In this document: in pieces, positions 18,991-29,263 of the stretch
Layout of the letters: the number at the start of each line of letters is the position of its first letter
Position numbering within the stretch: position 1 is the first letter of the stretch
From: a virus
DNA length: 64,000 bases
Virus record (IMG/VR): IMGVR_UViG_3300030012_002072
Location: 11,570 to 75,569 of that record
Strand: one strand, 5' to 3'
Notes under the pieces: generated by a model
What the model saw: only the letters and a program-made list of their open reading frames with translations
The model's database searches: none
Told to the model about the DNA's origin: nothing
Made by a program: the position numbers and the translations under genes

Positions 18991-21244
18991 AGAGCTTTCC
19001 AAACTTCCCTAAGCTGTAATCATCAGCTATATCGAAGTCACACCCAATAGGTGCTCCTGGTATAGAAAGACCACGGTCTCTCTGTATACACTCTCTAAGT
19101 TTCTCTACATATAGTTCAATCTCATCTTCGGGAACTTCTGCTAATACAGAGTCATGAACAAGTGCAAATATCTTTGCTTTCATTCCTGTCTTAACAATGT
19201 ATTTCTGCATTTCAATAGCACCCAGTAAGTTCACATCTGAAGCCACAGATTGAACAAGAGCATTTACACCACTACGAACTTCATGTGATGCAATACCTTT
19301 ATCTTTACTAAATACATTCGGTAATCTTCTTTTTCTACCGAAATGACTGTATATAAATCCATTTGCTTGAATAAATTTTTGAGTATTATCCAACCATCCC
19401 TTTAGTTTAGGGAAAGCTGCGAAATAGTCATCAATCGTTTGTTTTGCTTCTGCTGGACTAAAATATTGTCCTGAGTCCTTGGTAACTTGTTCACTGATTT
19501 TTGCTGGTCCAGCTCCATACATGATACCAAAGGTAACGGCTTTTGCCTGTTGTCTTTCTGCTGTGTAATGTTCAGCGACATCGTCGACCTCACATGGTAG
19601 TCGAAATACTTGTTTCGCAATCGTACTGTGAAAGTTACCACCATCTTTGAAAACTTTTTGAAGGTTTTTATCATCTGCTAAGACCGCTGCACAATAAACT
19701 TCTGCAGTTGTCAAGTCCATTGCAACAATCTTATTTCCACTCTTTGCCTTGATACAACCTTTTACTGTGGGGTTGTCACGAGGAAGTTGTTGCATATTTA
19801 ATTTTCCGCTGGAGGATAGCCTTCCTGAAGTTGTTCCATGAAGATTAAAGTTTGTTCTTAATCTTGCATCCATGTCAAGCGCAGGAATAATCTTATCCAA
19901 GTATGTGGTTTTAATTTTTACTTTCTGTCGAATCTCAAGAATTAGTTCAGGTATCTCGTGTTCACTCGCAAGTTTCTGTAAACTCTCTGCGTCTGTGCTA
20001 TCAGCTCCTGTACCCGTTTTCTTACCCGTTGGGGCTAAGCCTACATAATCGAATAATAGACTTCGTAATTGTACTGTTGAGTTTGGATTGAATCCGTCTT
20101 TGTCTTTGATAAATTGTCGCACTTCTGGATAACCATTTAGTTTCTCTACTGCTGCGTCAATATCTTCTTGCATACGCTTTTGACCAAACTCTAGTCTTGT
20201 CTTGTCGAATGGTACACCGTTGCTTTCTACTTGTGTCAAGAATCTGCACCCTTCAATAAGAATATTTTTATATACCCAATATAGTTTTTCATTTTTGAGT
20301 ATTGCCTTTTCAAACTTTTGGAATAGCAAGAAGGTAACAACTGCGTCCATTGCAGCATAGTTCTTCATAACATCAAAAGGAACTAAATCCCAACTAAATG
20401 ATTGTTTAAGTATTCCTGTTCTTTTACGATAGTCTGTAATCCATGTGTCAAGTTCTGCTTCATAATCACCGTAGTCTGTATGTTTGATAGCAAGTTGTTT
20501 CAGACCATGTGTGCCTGGGTTCTCGTCAAACATATAGTGCATAAGCATTGTATCTTCAAAATGAGGAAACTCAAAGTTGAAATGATACTGAAACCATTGT
20601 AAATCAAACTTAGCATTATGAAATACTACTCTTTTCTTGTTGAATATTTGTTGCATAAGTGCTTCACAAGTTTGGTCAATAGCATCGCAGTCTACATAAA
20701 CGCCATGCTCTGGCTCATAACTCATTGAGAAGCCTAGCATATAACCATCTCTACAGTATAACGCTGATGTCTCGGAGTCAAGTCCTATAAAGTCATAATC
20801 TTCACAATCTCTTGCTTTGATAAGAAAACGACTTAGTTCTTTACTATCTGTGATACCATAACATTTATCTTCACTCAAGGTTTTTTGTGTGAGTTCTCCG
20901 CTTACATATCCCGATATACTCTCGACAGCTTCCTCGAATGACTTCTTTGCCTCTGGTCTGAACTTTATCATAGCAGGGTTAATTAGTGCCAAAAACTTAT
21001 CATCAATTATTTTTCCATTGTACTCAGTTATTGATGTCTTTCTCGTAAAGTTTTTGAAAGGCTCTGAACCTACTAGAATCAGCCAATCATACGAGTCGGT
21101 ATCGATTTCAATATCAACATCTCGTTTCAAAATTTTTCTTTTGCTCGAATCACTACATAACGCAAATCTATCAAACTCAAACTTAAAATATTTGTCAAAG
21201 TTTGTAGAACTTGGTGTAGTTTCTATTAGTGCTACTTTAGCCAT
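18977..21244 (-). CDS. family A DNA polymerase with 3'-5' exonuclease (T5-like)
   Basis: LDSET, HNAKFD, YAAMD, GRLSS, DLTTAE, R..AKAVTFGIMYG, VHDS. Confidence 0.97.
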   Translation of the reverse strand: MAKVALIETTPSSTNFDKYFKFEFDRFALCSDSSKRKILKRDVDIEIDTDSYDWLILVGSEPFKNFTRKTSITEYNGKIIDDKFLALINPAMIKFRPEAKKSFEEAVESISGYVSGELTQKTLSEDKCYGITDSKELSRFLIKARDCEDYDFIGLDSETSALYCRDGYMLGFSMSYEPEHGVYVDCDAIDQTCEALMQQIFNKKRVVFHNAKFDLQWFQYHFNFEFPHFEDTMLMHYMFDENPGTHGLKQLAIKHTDYGDYEAELDTWITDYRKRTGILKQSFSWDLVPFDVMKNYAAMDAVVTFLLFQKFEKAILKNEKLYWVYKNILIEGCRFLTQVESNGVPFDKTRLEFGQKRMQEDIDAAVEKLNGYPEVRQFIKDKDGFNPNSTVQLRSLLFDYVGLAPTGKKTGTGADSTDAESLQKLASEHEIPELILEIRQKVKIKTTYLDKIIPALDMDARLRTNFNLHGTTSGRLSSSGKLNMQQLPRDNPTVKGCIKAKSGNKIVAMDLTTAEVYCAAVLADDKNLQKVFKDGGNFHSTIAKQVFRLPCEVDDVAEHYTAERQQAKAVTFGIMYGAGPAKISEQVTKDSGQYFSPAEAKQTIDDYFAAFPKLKGWLDNTQKFIQANGFIYSHFGRKRRLPNVFSKDKGIASHEVRSGVNALVQSVASDVNLLGAIEMQKYIVKTGMKAKIFALVHDSVLAEVPEDEIELYVEKLRECIQRDRGLSIPGAPIGCDFDIADDYSLGKFGKLYDIA

Positions 21245-22076
21245 ATAATTTTTCCTTTAATCTTTCTATCTCACTAGCAACAAGGTTGCCAGGGTCTACA
21301 TTGTCTCTTAATTTTACTATTCTTGCAGACATTTCTAATTTCTCTGCAATCTCTTTCGCTTTTTCACTAGCTTGTCTACCCGCCTCATCCCCGTCAAACA
21401 TGATGTCAATACCTTGTACGCCTTGTAGCTTCAGTAAGCTCAGTTTGACCCAATTCACTTGTTGTGTACCAAAACAGCACACTGTATTTTTGAGACCTTT
21501 GTCCCAAAGGTTGAGAGCATCAAATATACCCTCCACCAGTATAACTCTATTCTGTATAGGTTTTACCTTTGCTGGACAAAAGGGCATTTCTGCACCTTGT
21601 GGATAGATGTAATACTTCATCTTACTAAAGTCGTCCAGACTTCTACCTATCAATGAAACTGTTTTTCCTGTAATGTCACGAATTGGAAAGATGATACGGT
21701 TTTCGAACTGAGGTACATTCCAAGTGAACGCATCCCATATATCAAGAGTTTCCTCAGATATGTTTCTAAAACCACCACCTTTCCATTTCAGTCTATCCTT
21801 CGGGAGTTGGATTCCGACAGTTTCGCTTTTAACTTTTTGTATCTTTTCTTTTATTCTGTGTATACGAACTTCTGTTGGAGAAGCTGGTGCACCAAAATAG
21901 GTAAATAAATTACCTTTGTACCCACATGAGAAACAGTGAAATATACCTGTTATTCTATCTACTCTCATAGATGGGTTAGTATCATCATGCTCTGGATTAA
22001 GGCATGATATGACAGCGTCCTTTCCACTAAGGCGATACTGTATTCCTTTGCTTTGTAGTAGTTCCTCTGCTATCAT
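21237..22076 (-). CDS. DNA primase (zinc finger + TOPRIM)
   Basis: C...H.D..PS, HCFSC, VEGIFD, FDGDEAG. Confidence 0.93.
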   Translation of the reverse strand: MIAEELLQSKGIQYRLSGKDAVISCLNPEHDDTNPSMRVDRITGIFHCFSCGYKGNLFTYFGAPASPTEVRIHRIKEKIQKVKSETVGIQLPKDRLKWKGGGFRNISEETLDIWDAFTWNVPQFENRIIFPIRDITGKTVSLIGRSLDDFSKMKYYIYPQGAEMPFCPAKVKPIQNRVILVEGIFDALNLWDKGLKNTVCCFGTQQVNWVKLSLLKLQGVQGIDIMFDGDEAGRQASEKAKEIAEKLEMSARIVKLRDNVDPGNLVASEIERLKEKLYG

Positions 22077-22086
22077 ATTTACATAT

Positions 22087-22125
22087 ATTATATCAAAATT
22101 TTAAGTTGATGTCAAGAACTATTTT
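22087..22125 (-). promoter_or_regulatory. sigma70-type promoter of primase/polymerase
   Basis: TTGACA (22110-22115), 17 nt, TATAAT (22087-22092). Confidence 0.85.
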
Positions 22126-22612
22126 CCACATTCTTGGCTTTTACCTTCCAAGTGTAGCCGTTCCTAGTTATTGTATACTGTCCGCCATGACAATTAATTA
22201 TATCCTTACCTGTGTACTTAGCTACAGCTACTGCTGCTGTACCACAACTTTGAACATATCCTACTCCTCTTTCGAATACAATCATAAATACACTACCATC
22301 ATAACTAGACCAGCACAGTATTTGATTTTCATCTAGTGAATCATCTATATTATCCACTATTGTATGTGTTGTGCACTCTCCATTTCTCCAACAATCTATT
22401 ATATTATCAGTAATAAGTGTTGGAGAAAGAATATCTATTTCTCCTTGTGCTTCAGATATATCTGCGTTATAGCAAACATTGGCTCTACTACCATCAACAT
22501 TCCAAGTGTCGCCAGTTTTTACTAGACGCCATTGGTCATATCCATGATGGTATAAAGGTTTAGTGTCTGCTAGAATTATAACTTGCCCATTAACTTTGAC
22601 TTGTGTTTCCAT
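22112..22612 (-). CDS. miniature diaminopimelate epimerase (DapF)-like protein
   Basis: WNVDGSRANVCYN and ERGVGYVQSCGTA mirror the two DapF catalytic-cysteine motifs. Confidence 0.7.
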   Translation of the reverse strand: METQVKVNGQVIILADTKPLYHHGYDQWRLVKTGDTWNVDGSRANVCYNADISEAQGEIDILSPTLITDNIIDCWRNGECTTHTIVDNIDDSLDENQILCWSSYDGSVFMIVFERGVGYVQSCGTAAVAVAKYTGKDIINCHGGQYTITRNGYTWKVKAKNVENSS

Positions 22613-23058
22613 TCTAACTCATCTCCTAGTGCTTCGTGTTCTAAAAATGTGGGGTCGTCTTCATAATACATTGACTTCCACACTAATTCTGCCATTTGAA
22701 ACCAAACAGCAACCGCTTTGTCTCTAAAATCTGTGTCACCCCATAGATAATATAAAAGCCACCACTCTTCATCAAATCTACAAACTCTTACTTCTTGTTC
22801 GTGCAACTCTGGTAATTCTGTCAATACTCTTAATCTTTGACTCCCTGCGATTGGGTACCAGTTAGGCATACATAAAAAGGGTGAGCGTATGCCTTCATTT
22901 TTTAGTGCTTCTTTTAGTGGTTCATTTGCTGGAACATTCTTTATATTTTCTTGCACTTTTTCTTGTTCTAGCAACCACCCTACTGTTCTTACATACCAAG
23001 TATGTGGTGGAAGTGGTATTAGTTCTGCCGTTTCTCTACTAACTCTATCATTAGCCAT
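22576..23058 (-). CDS. hypothetical protein, ParB/Srx-like motif
   Basis: L..EGIRSP, GSQRL. Confidence 0.55.
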   Translation of the reverse strand: MANDRVSRETAELIPLPPHTWYVRTVGWLLEQEKVQENIKNVPANEPLKEALKNEGIRSPFLCMPNWYPIAGSQRLRVLTELPELHEQEVRVCRFDEEWWLLYYLWGDTDFRDKAVAVWFQMAELVWKSMYYEDDPTFLEHEALGDELEWKHKSKLMGKL

Positions 23059-23236
23059 CTTCATCACTCCAAAAATCATCATGTAAGATTTCTTCCCAAC
23101 CAGGTTCAAATATTTCTCTCCTATATTCTTCTAGGCTAGGTATTAATCTTATCCCCAATACTGGGGGTAGTTGTTTTATTGCAACAAGAAACTTTGCATA
23201 TGACTCATTTAATTGTTTTTCTGTGTACATTATCAT
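23051..23236 (-). CDS. hypothetical protein
   Basis: Overlaps both neighbours in operon. Confidence 0.55.
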   Translation of the reverse strand: MIMYTEKQLNESYAKFLVAIKQLPPVLGIRLIPSLEEYRREIFEPGWEEILHDDFWSDEDG

Positions 23237-24591
23237 AAATCGTATGTATCTTCTCCTGTTGTCATTGTTTCTTTTAGTTCTGCTTTTTCATCTGGGTCAA
23301 GAGCAGTGTGTGGTCCAATCTTTAGTGTCTCCCAGTTCATTTCTGATACGAATGTTTCTGCTTTTCCATTTCTCATTTTATCACATTTGAACTTAATACA
23401 AGGCTCTGCATCACCCCAGTGCTGAACAGAGTAAGCTGCATCAACAGCATCCAAGATACCTTTTGAGAATCTTGCCTCGCCTTTTTCATTTGTTTGGAAA
23501 GCAGATAGAACTAGAACTTGATTCTCCTGCGCTAAAGATTTTAGACCTTTTGATATCTCTATCTGCTCAGTCCAATCATATTGACCTGAGCGACCGGGGG
23601 CGTTATGGCGTCTAACTTGGTTTAGATAGTCTACTATTACTATACCTAAATCGGGCAGCTGTGCTTGTTTCTGCCTTACTGTGCTAATAATTTTAGCAAG
23701 TGTAAGTGCAGGGTCATAGAACACATCAATCTGAGGTTTGTCTGCCAACTTATTTCTTGTAAGTTGATAATGGAACTTGTCAAAGTCACGATGACCTTTG
23801 AACTCAGTTAGACATTCTTGTCCGTTATCAAAACGGTCTGCCCACCACTCCGCAACCTTTTCCCACTCCAAAGGAGATAGGTTTTTGGTTTTAATACGAT
23901 TGGTAGGCACTCCCGTAGCAACGGCACATACTCTTTGTAGTATTTGTCTACTGTCCATTTCTATAGTAAAATATAGAACAGACTTATCTTTCATGTGTGC
24001 TGCCTGTGCGATGTTACAGCAAGTAAAAGACTTACCTCCACCACGCTGTCCGCCAATAACGACCAGGTCTTTGGGAGAGAAAGTGTAGTCTAAATCGTAC
24101 TCTTGATTTAGACCAAGTGGCAAAAACTTTTTCAAGTCTTCTTCACTATCAAATAACTCTATCGTTTCCATACTTTCATTATCGTCTGAGGTCTCGACTT
24201 GGTCTTCGACCTGTACTACAATCTCTTGTAATAAGTCAATGTTCTCACGAGCATCGCCTATCGCAATTTGATTTTCTACGAAGTATTCGACTTTAGTAAG
24301 TATTTCTGATTGAGTAAATTGATTCTTGAGATAGTCCAACAACAAAGGTGCTGGAACATCCGTTTCGACTGTTTCGATAGCATATATCTTCTCCTGAAGC
24401 TCTCTAGAACGAACTTCTAGTTTGAGGTCTTCAAAAGAAGGTAAAGCATGATACTTGTGAACATGTTTGTCTACTATTTTCCACAGTTTTCGGTACTCAC
24501 CTTCAGGGAAATAGTGTTCCTTGAGACTATTCCATGTCCCAAAGTCTGTGTTCGTAAGTATTTGCTTAAGTAATGCTGATTCTAAAGTCAA
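23233..24591 (-). CDS. D6: DnaB-like replicative helicase (T5 D6)
   Basis: GQRGGGKS, TIEM, IVDYL, Q motif; TTG start at 24591 after GGGAGAG. Confidence 0.92.
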   Translation of the reverse strand: MTLESALLKQILTNTDFGTWNSLKEHYFPEGEYRKLWKIVDKHVHKYHALPSFEDLKLEVRSRELQEKIYAIETVETDVPAPLLLDYLKNQFTQSEILTKVEYFVENQIAIGDARENIDLLQEIVVQVEDQVETSDDNESMETIELFDSEEDLKKFLPLGLNQEYDLDYTFSPKDLVVIGGQRGGGKSFTCCNIAQAAHMKDKSVLYFTIEMDSRQILQRVCAVATGVPTNRIKTKNLSPLEWEKVAEWWADRFDNGQECLTEFKGHRDFDKFHYQLTRNKLADKPQIDVFYDPALTLAKIISTVRQKQAQLPDLGIVIVDYLNQVRRHNAPGRSGQYDWTEQIEISKGLKSLAQENQVLVLSAFQTNEKGEARFSKGILDAVDAAYSVQHWGDAEPCIKFKCDKMRNGKAETFVSEMNWETLKIGPHTALDPDEKAELKETMTTGEDTYDL

Positions 24592-24608
24592 GTTGTCTCT
24601 CCCAAAAC

Positions 24609-24642
24609 AAAAAAGGGCAAGTGAACAGAAGCCCACTTACCC
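24609..24642 (-). terminator. intrinsic terminator after D5
   Basis: GGGTAAGTGGGC-TTCT-GTTCACTTGCCC followed by T6. Confidence 0.8.
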
Positions 24643-24657
24643 ATGCGAAATTAGTTA

Positions 24658-25374
24658 TTAACCTATTTCTTTTCTAGCTGCGCCATTGTAGTCAGCACAT
24701 TGTAAGCCTCTTCTAGTTAGCATTGTTTTAACACCTCTAACTGTTTTGCCGATTTGGTCAGCAATTTCTTCAACAGTCATACCGTCTATTTCAACATCTG
24801 CTAATGGGTCAGCTTTGCTGCTACCTTTAGTTTCTTTTTGCTTTGGAATAGCATTGATTTCACCAGCTCTAAGTAGTGATAATGCTTTACCTCTGATTGA
24901 GTTAACGCTTCTGCCCATAGCTTCTGCGATGTCCTCAATAAAAGCTCCATCGTTTACTAGAGAAACGAATTGGCTTTCCTCATCTTCGCTGTAAGTTTTT
25001 ACAGTTTCAACTTTAGGAGCAGGTTTAACATGCTCTGTTAGTTGCATAGATAAGATTTTACCTTGAATTGATTTAGCAGAGAAATGTCCGCCTTCAAAGT
25101 TTTCAGCAATCTCTGCGTATGTGTAAACACCTGAGTTATCAGTTACAAAGTTGCTTAAAGTAGCTTCTTGCTCGTCTGAAAAAGACTTAGAAGCATTTGC
25201 TGATGCTAATTCAACATCATATCCCATTTTTCTCAATTTAGAACTTACACTTCTAACTGAAGTTTCAAGTTCGTCAGCTGCGTTTGCAACTGTATCTTGA
25301 GAGATAGGGCTTTCAGAACCTACAAAGTCTACAAGAGCTTGGGTTCTTTCATCTGTCCATTTTGGTAATGCCAT
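24658..25374 (-). CDS. D5: T5 D5-like DNA-binding protein (repeated HTH units)
   Basis: KWTDE, SVSSKLRKMG, SIRGKALSL, TVRGVKTMLTRRG. Confidence 0.88.
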   Translation of the reverse strand: MALPKWTDERTQALVDFVGSESPISQDTVANAADELETSVRSVSSKLRKMGYDVELASANASKSFSDEQEATLSNFVTDNSGVYTYAEIAENFEGGHFSAKSIQGKILSMQLTEHVKPAPKVETVKTYSEDEESQFVSLVNDGAFIEDIAEAMGRSVNSIRGKALSLLRAGEINAIPKQKETKGSSKADPLADVEIDGMTVEEIADQIGKTVRGVKTMLTRRGLQCADYNGAARKEIG

Positions 25375-25379
25375 AATGA

Positions 25380-26135
25380 TTATTCTCCTAAAAATAAATT
25401 TAAATTGTTTATAATTTGAACACCTCGGTCACGAGCTGTTTTCGTTTTTGCTGATTCAATTCCAGACTCATTTATAAGATGAGTACAGTCTTTAGTCAGC
25501 GATGATTTAACTACATATCCATATTGATTAAGTACTTTTTCTGCGTGGGCTTTGGTGGAATAACTTTTCAGTTTACCACTGATACAAACAACTCCATTGA
25601 CCTCTTTCTTCTTACTAATTTTATTTTTCCATTCGAAAGGTAATGTTGTCTTGTAATCACTAGGGTAGTATTCAGTCTCTAACCATTTAAGTAAGTTAGC
25701 TGTCGCTTTTGGACCGATACCTGCTTCAGTACAACTTTTCTCGCTAATATCTTCGATGTGTGATATTCTATCGCATAATTTTTGAGAAGCCGACCGACCA
25801 ATAAGGGGTATGCTGAAAGCTGGTATCAAATCGACCAACTTAGAACTCTTTGACTTTTGTATTTCATCATAGAGTTTCACAGCCATTTTCTCACTACCTA
25901 GTCTATCCTGTATTTCACTTACAGACAGTTCATATATTTCACAATAATCTTGAACTTGTAGTTTGTTTATAGTTGCAGGGCCGAAGCCCTTTATCTTAAG
26001 AGCTGAAACAAAAGATTCAACTTTCTTATCCCATTGTGCAGAACATTGACTGTTTCTACAAAATAATTGGTCGTTTACTAAGTCCAACTTGTCTTGACAA
26101 GCTGGGCAAACGACTGGTGGAATAATTGCTATCAA
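25380..26135 (-). CDS. ligB: NAD-dependent DNA ligase subunit B (Zn finger, HhH, BRCT)
   Basis: CPAC..C...C, IKGFG, GIGPK, VCISGKL BRCT; TTG start. Confidence 0.9.
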   Translation of the reverse strand: MIAIIPPVVCPACQDKLDLVNDQLFCRNSQCSAQWDKKVESFVSALKIKGFGPATINKLQVQDYCEIYELSVSEIQDRLGSEKMAVKLYDEIQKSKSSKLVDLIPAFSIPLIGRSASQKLCDRISHIEDISEKSCTEAGIGPKATANLLKWLETEYYPSDYKTTLPFEWKNKISKKKEVNGVVCISGKLKSYSTKAHAEKVLNQYGYVVKSSLTKDCTHLINESGIESAKTKTARDRGVQIINNLNLFLGE

Positions 26136-26165
26136 ATCTGTTTCTCTCTCTAAAATATATAATAT

Positions 26166-26206
26166 ATTATATATAATTTTTGGGCTTGTGTCAAGAACTA
26201 TTTTTT
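26166..26206 (-). promoter_or_regulatory. sigma70-type promoter of ligB-D5
   Basis: TTGACA (26189-26194), 17 nt, TATAAT (26166-26171). Confidence 0.85.
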
Positions 26207-26236
26207 GATTGCCACCTACGAGAAGAGATTAAAATT

Positions 26237-26341
26237 TTAATCATCCTCGTAGATGTGGGTATCTTCTTCATACGACCAACGATTCATTAGATAGAACCAT
26301 AGAGCTCGTATTTTATTTACTAAAGAGTTTATCCAGTTCAT
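26237..26341 (-). CDS. 34-aa small protein MNWINSLVNKIRALWFYLMNRWSYEEDTHIYEDD (below ORF-track cutoff)
   Basis: Translated by hand; overlaps the end of the upstream gene and fills the gap. Confidence 0.45.
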   Translation of the reverse strand: MNWINSLVNKIRALWFYLMNRWSYEEDTHIYEDD

Positions 26342-27065
26342 ACTTGTATATATCTCCTATTATTCTATTTGCCATCAACTTATGACCTTCCTCTAGTGGA
26401 TGGTCTCTCGGTCCGAATGGCACCTTTGCTTTCTTACACATATCATAGAAAGGTTCTTCTTCCAAGCACGGAAGCTCTCTTATGTAATCCTCTTTCTTCA
26501 TGTGGGGAACTTCCCACACTATGTTTGCTCCCTCTAATCTATCTTCATCAAGATAGTCTAGCATATTTGTTAATTGTCCACTAGACATTGTGTAGAACAA
26601 ATAAGGTATTCCTTTTGCTTCTAAAAAATGTTTGGTAGACATCATATAGTGTAAAGTGTAAATTAAATTCATCTTTGGATTTCTTACTTCTTTTGCATAT
26701 CCATTCAACCCTTGCCATTGTTTGAGGGATAGGTCTGGATGAAAATGCACTTCACTATCATCTGTTAGTTTGAGAGTTGCTCTATTGAATCTATGTGAAA
26801 CCCAAACAGCACTTCTCCAAATATTGGTAGATAGGTTAAGAAACTCAAATCTATTTGGACCTGACCACAATATTACTACTAGTGGCATTGGAGTCCTGGT
26901 CATATCATCCATGGTAGTTCTCCATATTCTATCATTACTACCACCGACTTTGGAGTTTCTCCAAGTGTCTTGTTTGAAATGACTTCCAACTAGATAAGGG
27001 AATTGGTCTTTCCGCTGTTCGACTTCCATTCCTTGAACAAAACTACAACCATTCCAATATATCAT
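26313..27065 (-). CDS. SGNH/GDSL-like protein
   Basis: NGCSF..G, GGSNDRI, DHP...GH. Confidence 0.7.
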   Translation of the reverse strand: MIYWNGCSFVQGMEVEQRKDQFPYLVGSHFKQDTWRNSKVGGSNDRIWRTTMDDMTRTPMPLVVILWSGPNRFEFLNLSTNIWRSAVWVSHRFNRATLKLTDDSEVHFHPDLSLKQWQGLNGYAKEVRNPKMNLIYTLHYMMSTKHFLEAKGIPYLFYTMSSGQLTNMLDYLDEDRLEGANIVWEVPHMKKEDYIRELPCLEEEPFYDMCKKAKVPFGPRDHPLEEGHKLMANRIIGDIYKYELDKLFSK

Positions 27066-28384
27066 AATACTTTTACTCTATACTTTTTCATAAAATCTTC
27101 TGCGTCTTCCCATGTATTTACCATTGGTTGTCCTTTTATATTTAAACTTGTGTTTAATAACATAGGACAGTTTGTTACATCATACCAACACTCTAAAATC
27201 TTTCTCATGTTGCTACCATCATCTTTAACAACCTGTACTCTGCTAGTTCCATCTACATGAGTTACGCTTTTATAATCATGCTTTGCTTTACATACAAACT
27301 GCATAAATTCATTCTGTACTCCATCAAAGTAAGAATCAAAATGTTCTTCTAATATTGCAGGAGCAAAAGGTCTAAACTTTTGTCTACGCTTGATACTATT
27401 AACATAATTCTTAACATCTTTACGAGGGTCAGCAAGTAAAGAACGATTACCTAACGCTCTTGGACCAAACTCTGCTCGTCCATTTGCTACGCCTACAACT
27501 TTCTTGTCTAGTAATTCTTTTACTACTTCATTGATATTTAGTTTTCTTTGTATGTTATATCCCCAAAAAGTATGAGGGTAATGTAATCTCTTTTTAGTTT
27601 TTGCTAGAATACAACCCAATGCTGAGCCTGAATCTCCAGGGTTAGGGAATATCCAAAACTTATCAAACATAGGAGCTAGCTTTGAGTTTGCAACACAGTT
27701 GAGTGCAACTCCGCCAGCATATGCAACTTTGTTTCCATACTTACGAGCTTCTGTAAATATTTGTATTAACTCGTGTTCTAGTTGCATTTGTGCACTTGCT
27801 GCTATATCCTCTGGTTTATGCCAAAACCATTTCTTTAGAGGTATGCCTGTATGTAAGTATTCATCTAATACATCTTCCATATTTATACAAGGTTTACCAA
27901 ACGCTGCCATGCCCATTGTGATATATTCATCTTCATTAGGTTTTAATCCTACACGCTTAGTTATAGCACTATAGAATAATCCTAGTGACCATGGATATTG
28001 TCTACTCCAGACTTTCTCATGGTTTACCCAAATACTTGCTGTATCATACTCTCCAATAGCATCAATTACTACTGTAACATCTGGAACAAAAGGAGCAGTA
28101 TAATATGCTGCAGCCATATGGCTTTCGTGATGTAATACACACTCTACATCTTCAAAGTAGTGTATCTCTCTTTGTCCATAGGTTTGCCTTCTTTGATTCT
28201 TTAATCTCCAGTCTTCGTAGAATATATGTTCATCACAAGGAATCCGTCTTAGTTCATCACAAATTCTTCTGTCGTTCTTTTTTCTACTAAATCTTTCTGA
28301 AGATGATGCAAATAATAATTTATCTCCTTCCATTACAGCTACAGCTGCATCATGAAAGTTTTCACTCATACCTTTTATTACCAT
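27062..28384 (-). CDS. carbamoyltransferase (NodU/CmcH family)
   Basis: HDAA, ERFSRKK, HHESH, GGVALN, EFGPRALGNRS, HVDGTSRVQ, LNTSLN. Confidence 0.93.
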   Translation of the reverse strand: MVIKGMSENFHDAAVAVMEGDKLLFASSSERFSRKKNDRRICDELRRIPCDEHIFYEDWRLKNQRRQTYGQREIHYFEDVECVLHHESHMAAAYYTAPFVPDVTVVIDAIGEYDTASIWVNHEKVWSRQYPWSLGLFYSAITKRVGLKPNEDEYITMGMAAFGKPCINMEDVLDEYLHTGIPLKKWFWHKPEDIAASAQMQLEHELIQIFTEARKYGNKVAYAGGVALNCVANSKLAPMFDKFWIFPNPGDSGSALGCILAKTKKRLHYPHTFWGYNIQRKLNINEVVKELLDKKVVGVANGRAEFGPRALGNRSLLADPRKDVKNYVNSIKRRQKFRPFAPAILEEHFDSYFDGVQNEFMQFVCKAKHDYKSVTHVDGTSRVQVVKDDGSNMRKILECWYDVTNCPMLLNTSLNIKGQPMVNTWEDAEDFMKKYRVKVL

Positions 28385-28902
28385 GTTATATCTCCATAAC
28401 AAAATATATTCATACTATATCTAGTTCCTTTTGTTATCACATTTACATTATGAGGAGTAACTGCGTGGAATATATGTAAATCTCCCATGCCTCTACTCAT
28501 CTTTTCTCCACTTACTATCAAATCTCCACCTTCATAATCTGATGGGTCACTTAGTTGTATTGCACAACTTATCTTTCTAACTTGTCTTTGTCCTAGCATT
28601 GAATCATTAAATATAATATCAATGTGTGTATCAAAATATTGTCCTTCTCCATACTTATTTACAGCACATTGTAAGTCTCCACTCAAAATCATATTGTGAT
28701 GTTCTGAATTAAACTCTAATATATGCTTCGCAATATCAGGCAATCGAAGTGGACTAGCTTTGCCTATTTCAGCATTTCTATATCCATCTACTTTTGGTTT
28801 GCCATCTATTCCAATAGAATGTGACTTAGAGAAGTCTTTTGCACTTTCTCTAATCTTGATACACTCCTCTGGTGTATAAAAACTTTTAACTGTATGTTTC
28901 AT
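28378..28902 (-). CDS. 2OG-Fe(II) oxygenase (prolyl-hydroxylase/PKHD-like)
   Basis: HID, RKIS, YEGGDL, H.V..ITKGTRYS. Confidence 0.85.
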   Translation of the reverse strand: MKHTVKSFYTPEECIKIRESAKDFSKSHSIGIDGKPKVDGYRNAEIGKASPLRLPDIAKHILEFNSEHHNMILSGDLQCAVNKYGEGQYFDTHIDIIFNDSMLGQRQVRKISCAIQLSDPSDYEGGDLIVSGEKMSRGMGDLHIFHAVTPHNVNVITKGTRYSMNIFCYGDITW

Positions 28903-29263
28903 GTTTCTTTGGGAATGATTCTAGTATCTTTGATTTCATACTAAAACATTCCGTGTGTCCTCCAAACTTGTGGGCAGTTTTATGTCTATCTTTCTGATAC
29001 ATCTTGTGAAGTTTCTGTTCGAATCTCCAGCAGTCGTATAGATTCCCCTGCCATAGTCTTTGTATTCTGATGTCGTAGTTTGTGAAGCCACGCCCTCTTT
29101 TTACTGCGTCTTTGAATGTTCGCCCTTTTGCGATGCCTACTTTTATAGTTTCTCGTTCCCATGTTAATTGATTTACCAATACAATTCCATAAAGAATTCC
29201 GTCCACCTCTTTTTCTTCTGGGTAGTTTTTAAAATAAGTTTCGTTGTATATGCCGCCTGCCAT
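28886..29263 (-). CDS. T5orf172/GIY-YIG-like protein
   Basis: GILY, IKVGIA, EQKLH, GHTECF. Confidence 0.55.
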   Translation of the reverse strand: MAGGIYNETYFKNYPEEKEVDGILYGIVLVNQLTWERETIKVGIAKGRTFKDAVKRGRGFTNYDIRIQRLWQGNLYDCWRFEQKLHKMYQKDRHKTAHKFGGHTECFSMKSKILESFPKKHETYS

